This document shows, in pieces, positions 1 through 11,900 of a stretch of 63,538 nucleotides of DNA. The DNA is taken from NCBI RefSeq assembly GCF_011386835.1, contig NC_088792.1, positions 287,246,463 through 287,310,000 of the forward strand. Reading direction: 5' to 3'. The translations under genes were made by a program, and so were the position numbers. Positions within the stretch are counted from its first letter, which is position 1; every line of letters begins with the position of its first letter. The notes below the pieces were generated by a model. That model was given only the letters and a program-made list of their open reading frames with translations, searched no databases and had not been told where the DNA came from. Origin of the DNA: Chrysemys picta bellii. Its lineage: Eukaryota.

Positions 1-399
1 GTTCTGGTGAGTTATCCTCCCTCCTGTCTAGTCTATTCCTGGGTCAGAAGGCTATCTGTGAACCGTGTCTGTTTACTTACAGACTTAGGATAGGTGGCTG
101 TAATAGTATGTGAGGGAAGGCATCTCTGCTTTTCTAAGCCAAGTCCCTGTTTGTGTACTGCAAGACTTTATCCGAGAGTAACCATTGGATTCCCTAGCTT
201 CCCCCACTGCACTACAAGGGAACGATTGTCATTGGGTATCTCTGATAGGGTATGTCCCGCTGTGCTCACTGGTCTTGTGACTTCTCCATATCAGGGACCA
301 GCTCATTTTGTTAATAATTCACATTGGACTAGAGCTGGATGAACGCTGCAGGGTCAGTTCACTGTGGGGCTCACCAGTTAAACTCCACAGTTCAGAGAA

Positions 400-715
400 T
401 CCTAGAAATGTAGGGCTGGAAGGGTCCTAGAAAGATCATCCCGTCTGGCACTATACTTAAACCGTCCCTGACAGCTCTTGGTCTAATGGGTTCTTAACAA
501 CCTCCAATGGTGGATTCCACAACCTCCCTTTGAGGCCTATTCCAGAGCTTCTCTATCTTTATAGTTGGAAAGTTTTTCCTAAGATCTAACCTAAATCTCC
601 TGTGCTGCAGATTAAGCTGATTCCTACTTCTCCTACTTCCAGTGCACATGGAGAACAGTTGATCAGGGTCCTCTTTGTAACAGTCCTTAACATATCTGAA
701 CACGGTTTGAACATA
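400..715 (-). mobile_element. CR1 LINE 3' fragment (degraded)
   Basis: The minus-strand frame reads like the CR1 ORF2 C-terminus (RFRLDLRKNFPTIKIEKLWNRPQREVVES). 'agggctggaagggtcc' is a typical CR1 3' motif. Confidence 0.65.
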
Positions 716-2134
716 TCTGAGGTCTGGCTAAGATAAAGAGGCCCCTGGAGGAGGGGAAGCAGGTTACAGGGGTATGTGTGCAGCTTTCTTGGGGTGCCCA
801 GGCTCTGAGTCACCTTGTTACCCATCTGGCGAGAGGAAGATTTTCTCAGGGAGCTGATATCTAGTCAAGCATAACATCACCGGTCTGTTAGCCATCCTAC
901 CAATCTCCACAGGGCTCTGCCGCCCCTTCCTCTGCCTTGCACGGTAACAGTAGTTGCACCGCAGCCCCCAACCCCTCTGAAAGTGTCCCCCAGTAGCATC
1001 GGGTTACTGTCACAGGACACTCTCAGAAATTACCAGGGAACAGAATCCAAACAGCTTGATTGGTACAGCTCAAGATCAGATTGTTTATAACCTCGCAGCA
1101 ATGAGATATATGTATAGTGGAACAATCCTACATTTATTATCAAAGATTAAGATTTAAGAGGTACTGAGTCAGGATAATGGAAACAGAACTGGTTACATAT
1201 CAAATGAAAATCATAACATGCTTCTTAGAGTCTAAATTTTACATTAACAGGCTAAAATCAATTATTACAGCAGTTTTTCACCTAAAGCAATCTCCCAGCA
1301 TCATCATTAACCAACATGCCTGGGATCTAACTTTCCTGAGGAAGGAAAAAGGCTTTTTCATGCTGTTACCAGATGTGCCCATCACTTTGGGTAGGCTCAT
1401 TGATTAGGGTGACTCTTCTGGGGGAGGGGGTCTGTAATTCTATCAATGTGCTGCTTGTGTCACTTGTGTGTTCATACGGAGCTCTACTCCTTCTTTCTAC
1501 AAGTCCCCTCCCAATGGAGCTATCCTGCAGGACCTAGGTTCCCCAGGGCTGGGTTCCTCCAGCCCTAGAACTAGAGCGTCCCCTACCACATTGGCTGGGA
1601 GAGTGCATGCAGTGAGCGGTGAGTCTGAATGCTGAGCTGGTGTCTGCCCCAGGGAGAACGCCCCCTACCGCCTGGGCTGGGAGAGCACATGCAATGAGTG
1701 GCGAGTCTGACAGCCCCAGCTGGCATGCACCCTGGGCTGGGACGCCCCCATCCCCAGAGTACCCGGGCTGCTCTCAATCCAACACCTGCAGCCAGGAAGG
1801 GGTTGAAGTCAGGTCACCCCAGGTGAAAACCTGAGTCCCATGGAGGGGTCAGAGGCAGCTGGTCAGGTCTCGCCTGGCCCCTCTGGAAACAGCACAGCTG
1901 CTGGCCTGGACAGCGCCCGCCCAGAGCGCTGGGATGCCTGAGTCATTTTTGCTGCAGGAAGGGCATGGACGAGGCTGAGAGTAACAGGGGTGCCCATTAC
2001 CCTGGCGCAGAAAGGGTTAAACACAGCAGGGACTGTTGGTCCCAGCTGTGCCCTGGGCTAGGCGGAGAAACTGGGGTTCCCCAGCCAGGATTTCCCAGCA
2101 CCCCCCTCTTCCCCCCAGCACAGGCCTCACTCTC

Positions 2135-2266
2135 CTGTACAAGGCCCGTTTGGCCTCCACTGCCATCCAGTCGATGGCAAAGTCCATCTGGGGCATGAAT
2201 GGGGACATGCGGACGGCCACAGTATGGGCAACACTCAGCACCACGCTGGGCTGTTCCCGCACGATC
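2135..2266 (-). pseudogene. PNPLA6: PNPLA6-like exon (cNMP-binding region, ..[44 protein letters not shown]); donor GT mutated to GA
   Basis: Translation closely matches PNPLA6/NTE as I recall it ([44 protein letters not shown]). There is a CAG acceptor at 2269-2267 and the exon is 132 nt. After TAC AG the minus strand reads gagagt instead of gtgagt. Confidence 0.75.
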
Positions 2267-2454
2267 CTGGGGAGAGAGCGGGCAGCTCGTCAGTGCACAG
2301 GTGGCCCCGTTGCTGCCAGTGCGCTGCTGACTGCAGCCGCCCCATCCCTGAGTCACCCACCTCCTCTGGAACAGAGCCAGCCAAGAAAACATGGCACCAG
2401 GACAGATCACAGCCCAGGGCAGGAGAATCCAGGCCCATGCAACAGGTGCACGAT

Positions 2455-2665
2455 TGGAGGACTGGGACATGGGGCCTTTCCCCTCTAGGGGGAGGCAGCT
2501 CCAATCCAGCCCAGGGCAGGGGACTGGCTGGTTTATGGGGGTGGGGAATGGGACACGGTGCCTTTCCCCTCTAGGGGGAGGCAGCTCCAATCCAGCCCAG
2601 GGCAGGGGACTGGCTGGTTTATGGGGGTGGGGAATGGGACACGGTGCCTTTCCCCTCTAGGGAGC
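2455..2665 (+). repeat. ~88-bp tandem repeat, about 2.4 copies (intronic)
   Basis: The unit 'cctttcccctctagggggaggcagctccaatccagcccagggcaggggactggctggtttatgggggtggggaatgggacacggtg' recurs at about 2475, 2561 and 2649. Confidence 0.85.
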
Positions 2666-2765
2666 ACTGGCCCCAATCTGACCCAGGTCACCAGTCTAGA
2701 TAGAAGTGGGGTGGGAAGTGGGCAGACCCTGCCCACAGGATGTGGAGGGGAAGGGGGACACCAAC

Positions 2766-2971
2766 TCGTAGAAGTCCGACGTGGAGATCTTGAGGAAGGT
2801 GCAGTCACGGTTGGCTTTGATGGTGAAGATGAGGGGCTCCCCGGTCAGCACAGCCAGCTGGCCCACCATCTCGCCGAGCTGTGTCAGGAAGAGGCACACA
2901 TCCTCCGCCTTGTCGATCAGGTGCTGGTAGACGTGTAGGCAGCCCCACAGCACGAAGTGAAGGCTGACGTC
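2766..2971 (-). pseudogene. PNPLA6: PNPLA6-like exon ([68 protein letters not shown])
   Basis: Strong recalled similarity to the PNPLA6 cNMP domain 2/3 exon. The exon is 206 nt with a pyrimidine tract and AG acceptor and a weak GTTGGT donor, and it is phase-compatible with the 2135-2266 exon. Confidence 0.8.
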
Positions 2972-5900
2972 CTCTTGAGCGGTGGGGCGGAGGAAAGAGA
3001 GGAACGTCAGCCCCAGCACCAGGGTGAGGGGCAGGCCTGCCCCCAAGGTGCGCACCCACAGATAGGCGGCCAGGAGACCTGGGGGACAGCCGACAGCACC
3101 GGCTGAGCCTGAACTCTCTGGAGCACCCCACTAACCTCGGCAGAGCCACAGCCCAGCATAAATTGCCCCAGTTCCATGGAAACCAACCCCTCCCCATTCC
3201 AGCTGTGCAGGGGTTGAATGTTTCCTAGGCCTGAGTCCCAGCACCCGGGGGGAGGGAACGGGGGATTCCTGGTAGAGTCCACTCCGCAGGGACCAATGCA
3301 CCGGAGACGCTCACACCGGCGGGTTTATGAGGCAGCTGGAAGCCAGCGTGGGAAGAGCTCAGGTCACCATAAGCGTTAAAGCACAGGCAGGTCCCATCAG
3401 CCCAGAGCAATGCCCTGCCAGCTGTCTCTGACGCCCTTCCTTAGGCCAAGCAGTGAGAGCTCCCAGCCGCTCCCAGAAGAGCTCTTTTCCCCCCAGCTCC
3501 CACCCCGCAGTCCTTTGGTCCCGAACCAGGGTCTCTGCTCAGATCCCGGCTGAGAGGCGATGGGGCATTGGTTGCCAGTTGTCAATGTGCTGGTGACCGG
3601 GGTTTTCCATTGATATGGGTCAGCTTCAGCCAGTCCTTTCTAATGACCACTTCACTCCGCTCAGACAGTGAGGACAAACTGTCAAACCCAGTACCTCATC
3701 TGGGAAGAAGGTTCCCATGGGAGATGGGGGATTCGTGGAGCTGGAACGTGACCTGGATGCTGGATTTAACATTCCCAAGTCAGAGGGGAGGGGTATCCTC
3801 CTGGGGCAAGTGGGGGTCCTGGGGAGGACTCTGACTGGGATGCCAGCCAAGGTGCCCTGCACTAGGGAAGTGTCCCCAGCGCCCAGGAAATGGTGCTGGT
3901 GGGGAGGGTCTCTTCAGGTCCTTGCCCAGTCAGTGGACAACACCAGCCGGGGGAGCTCTCTGAACATGGGTGGCAGGGGTGGAACAATGGGGTTGAGAGG
4001 CTGGGAACTCGCTCACTCCAGTGACTGCCAGGCTGCAGAGGACAAACTGCCAGGGGCCCCAGCAAGGAACTGGACAGCACCTACCTCCTGCTCGTCCTGA
4101 GGCTCAGACTCACTCTGCCCCATGTCTGCTGCTGGCCCCGCTCCCAGGCCCCTCCCAGAAAGGTGCCTGAGAACAAGCAGAGACGTTTGTGCTGTGCCCT
4201 TTGGGGGAAGCCAGGGTTGACCGTGCACAGCTCCCATGACCCCCTAGCACCATAGATCTCCTTACTCACCCTCCCAATAGTTTCCCTCCCTCACAGAGGG
4301 CCCCATTCCCCCCAACCCCACCTCCCCAAGACAGCACCCTCCCAGCCAGCCTGTTACTTCCTGCTGGTTCCTGGCTGGGAGAGCAGGTCACAGGGCAACA
4401 TGGGGCTGGCCCTTCCCTCCCTGATCCTCACCCTACTGCCCTTGACCTGAACTGCAGACACACCTGGGAAGCAGCTGGTCCTGTGGGGCTCCCCACCAGT
4501 GCTAGCCCCACTGCTGGGGGAAGGAGTGTTGCTGCTTGACCATCTGTCAAAGGAGAAAGGTCCCAGGCAGAGTCCAGACCCTGCCCACTCACCTCCTGAG
4601 CCAGTGGTGTCCCTGCCCCATTCCAGGGCAGATGGGCCCTCTGCACCTGTCCTCCAAGTCACCTCCTTGTCTATCACCAGACACAGGCACCATGACTCAG
4701 ACCCCAAGCCCCTGCCAGCCAGTGCAGAGTGTGGGGTGTGGAGGAGAGAGTCCCAGTTCACACTGTGGAAGTGGGCAATTTCCAGTTCAGGACAGGGCTG
4801 GGCACTGGGGGTCAGGCCTGGCCTGAGACCAAGGGCTGCTTCCCAGCATGGGCAGACTGGTACACATGAGTTAGCCTGGTTCCAATAGCAGCGGGGCCAT
4901 GGCAGATTGTTGACTCCCACCTGAGGATGTTCCCTGGGGGTGGGCAGGATTGTACTCTGGCGGCCACCCGCACACTGGGGCCACACTGCTACTGTTAGCG
5001 CACTAGCTTGAATAAAACTGTGCCTCTGTCCACCTGGCTAGGGAGCAACCTCCTAGCTGCTGTGTAGATAGACCGGGGTGACCAACCTGAGCCTGAGAAG
5101 GAGCCAGAATTTACCAATGTGCATTGCCAAAGAGCCACAGTAACACATCAGCAGCCCCCCGTCAGCTCCCCGCACTCGCCAGCAGCACCGCGGATCAGCG
5201 CCTAACTCTCCATCCCTGCGCCTCCCACCAGCCGCGAACAGCTGTTTTGTGGTGTGCAGAAGGCTTGGGGGGAGGGGAGGAGGAGGAGCAAGGGCACGGC
5301 CGACTCCGGGGAAGAGGCGGGGGTCTTGGGGGAAGGAGTGGAGTGGGGCTGAGGCTTGGGACAGAGCCAGGGGTTGAGCAGTGAGCACCCTGTAGCACAC
5401 TGGAAAGTTGGTGCCTGTAGCTTCAGCCCTGGAGTGTTTCTAGTGTAGACATACCTTGATGAGACTCAGGCCTTTTAGAAGTACAATAGAAGGGTTAGAA
5501 CAGTTCTGGAGAAGGGAAACTTCTCGAGTATTGATGTAACAACAGTCATCTTGGTTATCACCAAGGATCAAACCCAGGACCTTGTAACTGTATGACCCAC
5601 TACTGTTTGAGCTAAGGGACGAACTCCCATAGGTAGGAGCTGTAGCAGAACGAGACCCGTGGTGGACCAGCCCCTAGAGGACACATAACACACACTGATC
5701 AATGAGATAGACAGAGAAAGCTTAAGTGAGTATTAACCAGGTGATGTGTGGACACACACCAGGCTTTTAGGGCCGAATGTATTGCTGACTGATGACAGGC
5801 TCAGTTGAAAGTTGTCAGATAGACGGGGCTTAAGGGATCAATGGAGTTAAAGGAAGAAAACACCTGCTGGGTTTCAGTAGATCATCAACTTTGTATTCTG

Positions 5901-7842
5901 GTAGGAAGAAAGGACGGCCCTTGTGGCTAAAATGCTAGGCTAGGACTCCAGTGATCAAGCTTCCATTCCCAGCTCTGTTCTAGAGTCCCTGTGTGTGTGA
6001 CCTTAGGTGTGTCACTTAGGCCAAGGTTTTCAAAATTGCCTTGTGATTTTGGTTGCCTAACCTGAGACCTTAAAGGGGCCTGATGTTCAGAGGGTGAGTG
6101 CTCAGCACTTTTGAAAGTCAGGGCCCTTCTAAGAGGTCTCAAATCACGAGAGACTTTAGAAAACCTTAGCCCTGCAGATGTTGACCTGCTGTAATTGTCC
6201 TGCCTCTCTTTCTGTTGCTAGATGTTACATTTAAATACCAGACTGAGACCCCACAGATAAAAGAGCAGTTGGAGATGCGTAAAGATGTCTTTCTGCAGGT
6301 ACATGGAAGGGGTTTATTTGGGCTTTGAGGGTTTTCACACAGAACACACAGAAAACTCTAAGCCTGAGGATTCTCAGCTTATCCAGGGTTTACCACTGAC
6401 TTCAGTGGGAGCAGAATCAGTCCAACACAAAGTGTTTTTGAAAATTCGACCGTATCATGCTTAGGTGTGTGACGCCCCCACTGTACATCAGAGTTCTGCA
6501 GTTAAGGCACCAGCCGGAGATCCAGGAAGTCAGATTTCAGAGTAGCAGCCGTATTAGTCTGTATCCCCAAAAAGAACAGGAGTACTTGTGGCACCTTAGA
6601 GACTAACAAAGGTATTTGTGCATCAGCTTTCAGAGTTCGGCTCCCATCTCTACCCCAAACTCAGTGTGACTTTGGGCAAATTGCTCAGTCTCTCTGTGCA
6701 CCGGCCCAGGGCCCCCCAAAGCTCTAATCCGCTTCTGCTTGAGACAAGAGCAAGGCTGGCTGGCTTTCCGCTCGGAAAGAAAACCCTTCGCTCTGGTCTA
6801 TGCCGTCTGTCCTGGGCTGGGCGAAAAATGAGCATGAGAATTTTTCAAAGTCTCCTTTAAAGGACCCCAAAAAAGGGAGGCAGGGGGAGGCATCCGTCAT
6901 CTCCTAATTTTTTTTTTCATTGACCAATTCAAACCATTACCGAGAGCAGGGATCTCTGTCCCCTCTCCCTGGCCTTCCATCCAGGACAGGTGGAAGGTCC
7001 ACGGCTCCCCATAGCTGCCTGCACGACTGTTACCCCAACCCAGCTCCAGCTTTTGCCCTGGCCTGGGGCCTCAGGGACCAAAGAGCTGCAGCCGGGCCGT
7101 GGTAAGAGCAGACAGCTGTGGGGAGCCGCGGACCCTCCATCTACCCTGGGTGGGGGGCCCGGAGGGCAGGGACACAGGCTGGGGGCTGCTCTTGAGTACC
7201 CCCACCCTGCGCAGGTGGCATGTCTGCGGCTTCCCACAGGTTCCCAGGATCCCCAGGCCTCTCTTACCCTGGCCAGGCTCCAGCTTCCAGCCTGGTCAGG
7301 AGGTGGGGACTCAGCAGAAGAGGAGGGGCAAGGAGCCAGGCCCATGGCAGAAAACTGGGAAGTCCATGGCCTGTAAGGCCCCCCTGCCCAGTTCTGGCAC
7401 CTCTAGCTGTATATATTGTACAATGAAATGTAAATATAATATTTACATCCCAGCTCATTTATTTTATAATGATATGGTAAAAAGGAGAAAGAAAAGCCAT
7501 TTTTCAGTACTAGTGGGCTGTGACACTTTCGTATTTCTATGTCGCATTGTGTAAGCAAGTTGTTTTTAAGGGAGGTGACACCTGGGGGTAGCAAGACAAA
7601 TCAGTCTCCTGAAAAGGGGCCAGTGGTCTGGAAAGGTTCAGAGCCACCGTCCTGGCACACACACGGCATTCTGCTGCCACAGCCTCCTAGTGAAGTCCCT
7701 GTGTGCCTGGGAACGAAGGAAAGCGCTGGGTTTCCCCATGGGGCAGTGAGCTGTGCAGCTGGCCCTGCCAAACAGGCCTCTTCCCATAGGATTCACTGAT
7801 GAGCGATAAGGCCACGCTTTGGCTCCCCCTCGACTATCCTGT

Positions 7843-8894
7843 TGTGACAATGCGGTTCTGGCGGAACCCAACTGAGAGTGCCAACTCAGGACAAATTGCT
7901 CAAATAGGGCAGTTACAGCCCAAGGCTGGGGTTTTTTCCACCTCTAAGGCAAACCAAACCAGCCAGACTAGGAGAACTTCGGTCTCATCCCCTGGCTAAC
8001 CGCAAGTCTCACAAGCAATCTCCTTAGACACTCCAGTTTCCCAATATTATCACCAGTGCCACTCGTTATGGGGACAAATGGTTATGAAAACCAATACCCC
8101 AGTAGAAGAAAAAGGTTCTCCTGATCCCAAAGGACCAAGCCCCAGACCCAGGTCAATATACAAATCGGATCTTCCCCACAAATCACGCTGTTGCCAATCC
8201 TTCAGAATCTAAAATCTAAAGGTTTATTCATAAAAGGAAAAAGATAGAGATGAGAGTTAGAATTGGTTAAATGGAATCAATTACATACAGTAATGGCACA
8301 GTTCTTGGTTCAGGCTTGCAGCAGCGATGGAATAAACTGCAGGTTCAAATCAAGTCTCTGGAATACATCCCCCGCTGGGATGGGTCCTCAGTCCTTTGTT
8401 CAAAGCTTCAGCTTGTAGCAAAGTTCCTCCAGAGGTATGAAGCAGGATTGAAGACAAGATGGAGATGAGGCATCAGCCTTATATAGTCTTTTCCAGGTGT
8501 AAGAACAGCAAATGGAGTCTGGAGTCACATGGGCCAGTCCCTGCATACTTTGCTGAGTTACAAGGCGTATCTGCCTTCTCTCAATGGGTCCATTGTATAG
8601 CTGATGGTCCTTTAATGGGCCATCAAGCAGGCTAGGCAGAGCTAACACCATGTTGTCTGGGATGTCACCCAGCAGCATAGCCTAAGTTTGAAATACAGAC
8701 AGTATAGAGCCAATATTCCTAACTTCAACTACAAAATTGATACATACATATAGACAGCATAATTATAACCAGTAAACCATCGCCTTGTCTTAGACACCCC
8801 ATTTGACCCCCTTTACACAAGATCTGGGTGCCACTACAGGACCTTGGTTGCAACAATGATCTATATGGTCCCAGAGTATATCAATAACGTCAAA
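7843..8894 (-). repeat. 3' LTR of the Gmr1-like element
   Basis: Direct repeat of 13661-14712 (offset 5818). I saw only 4 substitutions by eye. Confidence 0.97.
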
Positions 8895-8949
8895 CCCCCA
8901 ACGCAAAATTGATGCAGGAAGGGATGTCACAAACACCACTGACTGCATC

Positions 8950-11900
8950 CTAAGAGCTCTCCACTCTGGACAATGCATCAGCTACAATATTTTCCTTTCC
9001 CCTTATGTGGACTATATCCATTTCATACTCCTGAAGGGCTAAACTCCAACGCAGCAACCTGGAGTTGTTGCCCTTGGCCCTGTGCAGCCAGACCAGAGGG
9101 GCATGATCACTCAACACAGTGAATTTTTTATTGTACAAATAGGGCTTAAGTTGCTTGACAGCCCAGACAATGGCATAACATTCCTTTTCAATGGTAGCGT
9201 AATTTTGCTCAGTGGGGGACAATTTCTTACTTAGATATGCCACGGGATGTCTCTTCCCTCCTTCCCCCTCTTGCATTAGCACTGCCCCCAGCCCAATATT
9301 GGAAGCGTCTGTACATAATAAAAAGGGTTTTTCAAAATCTGGGCTGGCCAAAACAGGCTCCTTGGCCAAAGCGCTCTTTATGCTTTGAAAACCCTGCTCA
9401 CAGGCCTCCGTCCATAGCACCCGGTCTGGTTTTTCCTTTTTCGTCAGGTCTGTGATGGGAGCAACAATGTCGCTGAATCCCTGCACAAATCTCCTGTAAT
9501 AGTTGGCCAGACCAATGAAGGATTGGACCTGCTTTTTAGTTCTAGGGGTTGGCCAGTTTTTAATGGCCTCTACCTTTACAGGCTCTGGGCGCAGTTGCCC
9601 ATTGCCCACCCTGTGCCCCAGGTAGGTCACCTCAGCAGCTCCCATTCTGCATTTAGAAACCTTAACCGTTAGATTGGCCTCCCTGAGCCGGTGCAGCACA
9701 ATCCCTATGTGGTTCAGGTGATCTTGCCATGAACTGCTGAATACGGCCAGGTCGTCTATATAGGCCCTCGCAAAAGATTCTAATCCCCGTAGGACCTCAT
9801 TTATAAGTCTCATGAACGTAGCCCCTGAATTTCGCATCCCAAAGGGCAGCACTTTGAACTCATATAGGCCCGATTCCACTATGAAAGCGGATTTTCCTTG
9901 TGCCTCGGCATCTAGGGGTATTTGCCAGTACCCCTTAGTCAGGTCCAGGGTGCTTATAAACCTTGCCCCTCCCAGCGTATCCAGTAGATCCTCTATTCTG
10001 GGTGTGGGGTAAGGGTCAGGCTGGGTGATAGCATTTAGCTTCCTGTAATCCACACAAAACCTCATGGTCTTATCCTTTTTTGGCACCATCACAATGGGAG
10101 AGGCCCAGGGGCTCTGGGATCTGGTGATTATTCCCATTGTCAACATGCTCTCCACCTCTTCCTGGATCTGTCTTTGCATCTCTCCCTTGGCCCTGTAAGC
10201 TCTGCTAGGGGCTGGGCGGGGACCCACCGTCTGAATGGAGTGTGTCATCCTATCTGTGAGCCCTGGCCTATTGGAGAATGTTTGCTTGTGGTGTTTTAAC
10301 AGCCTCAGCAGTTCCTTTCTTTGAGGGGGGGTTAAATCCTCCCCCATCTCAATGCTCTCAAGAGGCGTCTCCTCCTGGCTTTCAGCAACCATGTCAATTA
10401 AAGGGGCAGACCCTGCCTCTTCCTCAGCATAACAGATTGTGTTCACATTTACCTCCCTTGCATGGTAGGCCTTCATTCTGTTCACATGCACTGTCTGCAC
10501 ACTTCCCTGTACCTGGGGCTTCCTCACATCATAGGTAACCTCATTAATCCTTTCCACTACCTCCATGGGTCCAGACCAAACATCTTTCATTTTGTTCTTC
10601 CTGACAGGATCTAGCACCAACACCATGTCCCCTATTTCAAACGCTCTCTCTTTAGCATCTCTGTCATACCAGGCTTTCTGCGTATCCTGGCTCTCTTTCA
10701 GATTCTGCTCAACCAACTTCATCATCTCCTGCAAACTCTCCTTGAATTGAGCCACATACTCGGCCACCGGCTGCTCTGCCTCCTCCACATTACCTTCCCA
10801 CGAGTCACGAACCAAATCTAGGGGCCCCCGGACCTGCCTCCCATAGAGCAGTTCAAAGGGAGCAAACCCTGTAGACTCTTGGGGCACACTCCTGTATGCA
10901 TACAATAGATACGGCAGCATAACATCCCAGTCATTCTGGCGTCTATCCACATACATTTTCAACATAGACTTCAGGGTTCCATTGAACCTCTCCACTAGAC
11001 CATTAGTCTGGGGGTGGTAGGGAGCAGCTTTCAGGTGCTTCACCCCACATAACTCCCACAACTGTTTGAAAACCACAGACATAAAGTTAGACCCACGGTC
11101 AGACAATATTTCCTTGGGAAAACCCACTCTGCTGAAAATAGAGAACAAGGCCACTGCCACTGTCTCTGCCTCGATATTAGCCAAGGCTACAGCCTCCGGA
11201 TATCTGGTAGCAAAATCTACCAACACCAGGATGTATTTCTTCCCATTTCTGGAAGGTTTAGGGAGTGGCCCCACAATATCCACAGCTACTCTGGCAAAAG
11301 CTTCCCCAATAATGGGCAGAGGCTGGAGGGGCACCTTGCTAGGCCCCCTTAACCCCTTACGCTTCTGGCACAGCTCACAGCTCCTGCAGTAATCTCTCAC
11401 CGACCCAAAAAGGTGGGGCCAGTAGAAATTCTGCTCTAGCCTGTCACACGTTTTGCCTACACCCAGATGTCCTGCAAAGGGACTATCATGAGCCAACTTC
11501 AACAAATCATTGCGGTAACTCTCAGGTACCACAAGCTGTTTGCGAGCTGTTGCTTGGGAATTCTTCCTTCCCCTAGGTGGTTCCCTATACAACAGCCCAT
11601 CCTGCATAAAAAACCTGCCTCTCTCTTCACAGGCTGGGACCTGACTCTGAGCATCATTCCTGGCCCTCTCTAGAGATACATCACTCTGCTGAGCCACAAT
11701 GAATTCACTCTGGGTTTTGTTTGGATTCAGAATCATCTCTGATATTTCAGATAAACCCTCACCTGATCCATCTTGAGAGGCACTCTCTGTCTGTTTGCTG
11801 CCCCCCTCACTGCCATCAGTCCGGGTATCTGCCACAGCCCCAAATTCTTTCTGTGACCTGGTCACTACATTAACTTGGCCAGGCACCCCCAATATGTTAT

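Noticed and set aside
3600-3830. Exon-like minus-strand frame (VKSSIQVTFQLHESP...SERSEVVIRKDWLKLTHINGKP)
   Set aside because: It contains an in-frame stop and I could not match it to PNPLA6 or any other protein, so it is unsupported without a search.
8271-8678. Duplicated small ORFs (also 14089-14496)
   Set aside because: They lie inside the two LTRs, so the duplication is explained by the LTRs. No coding signal.
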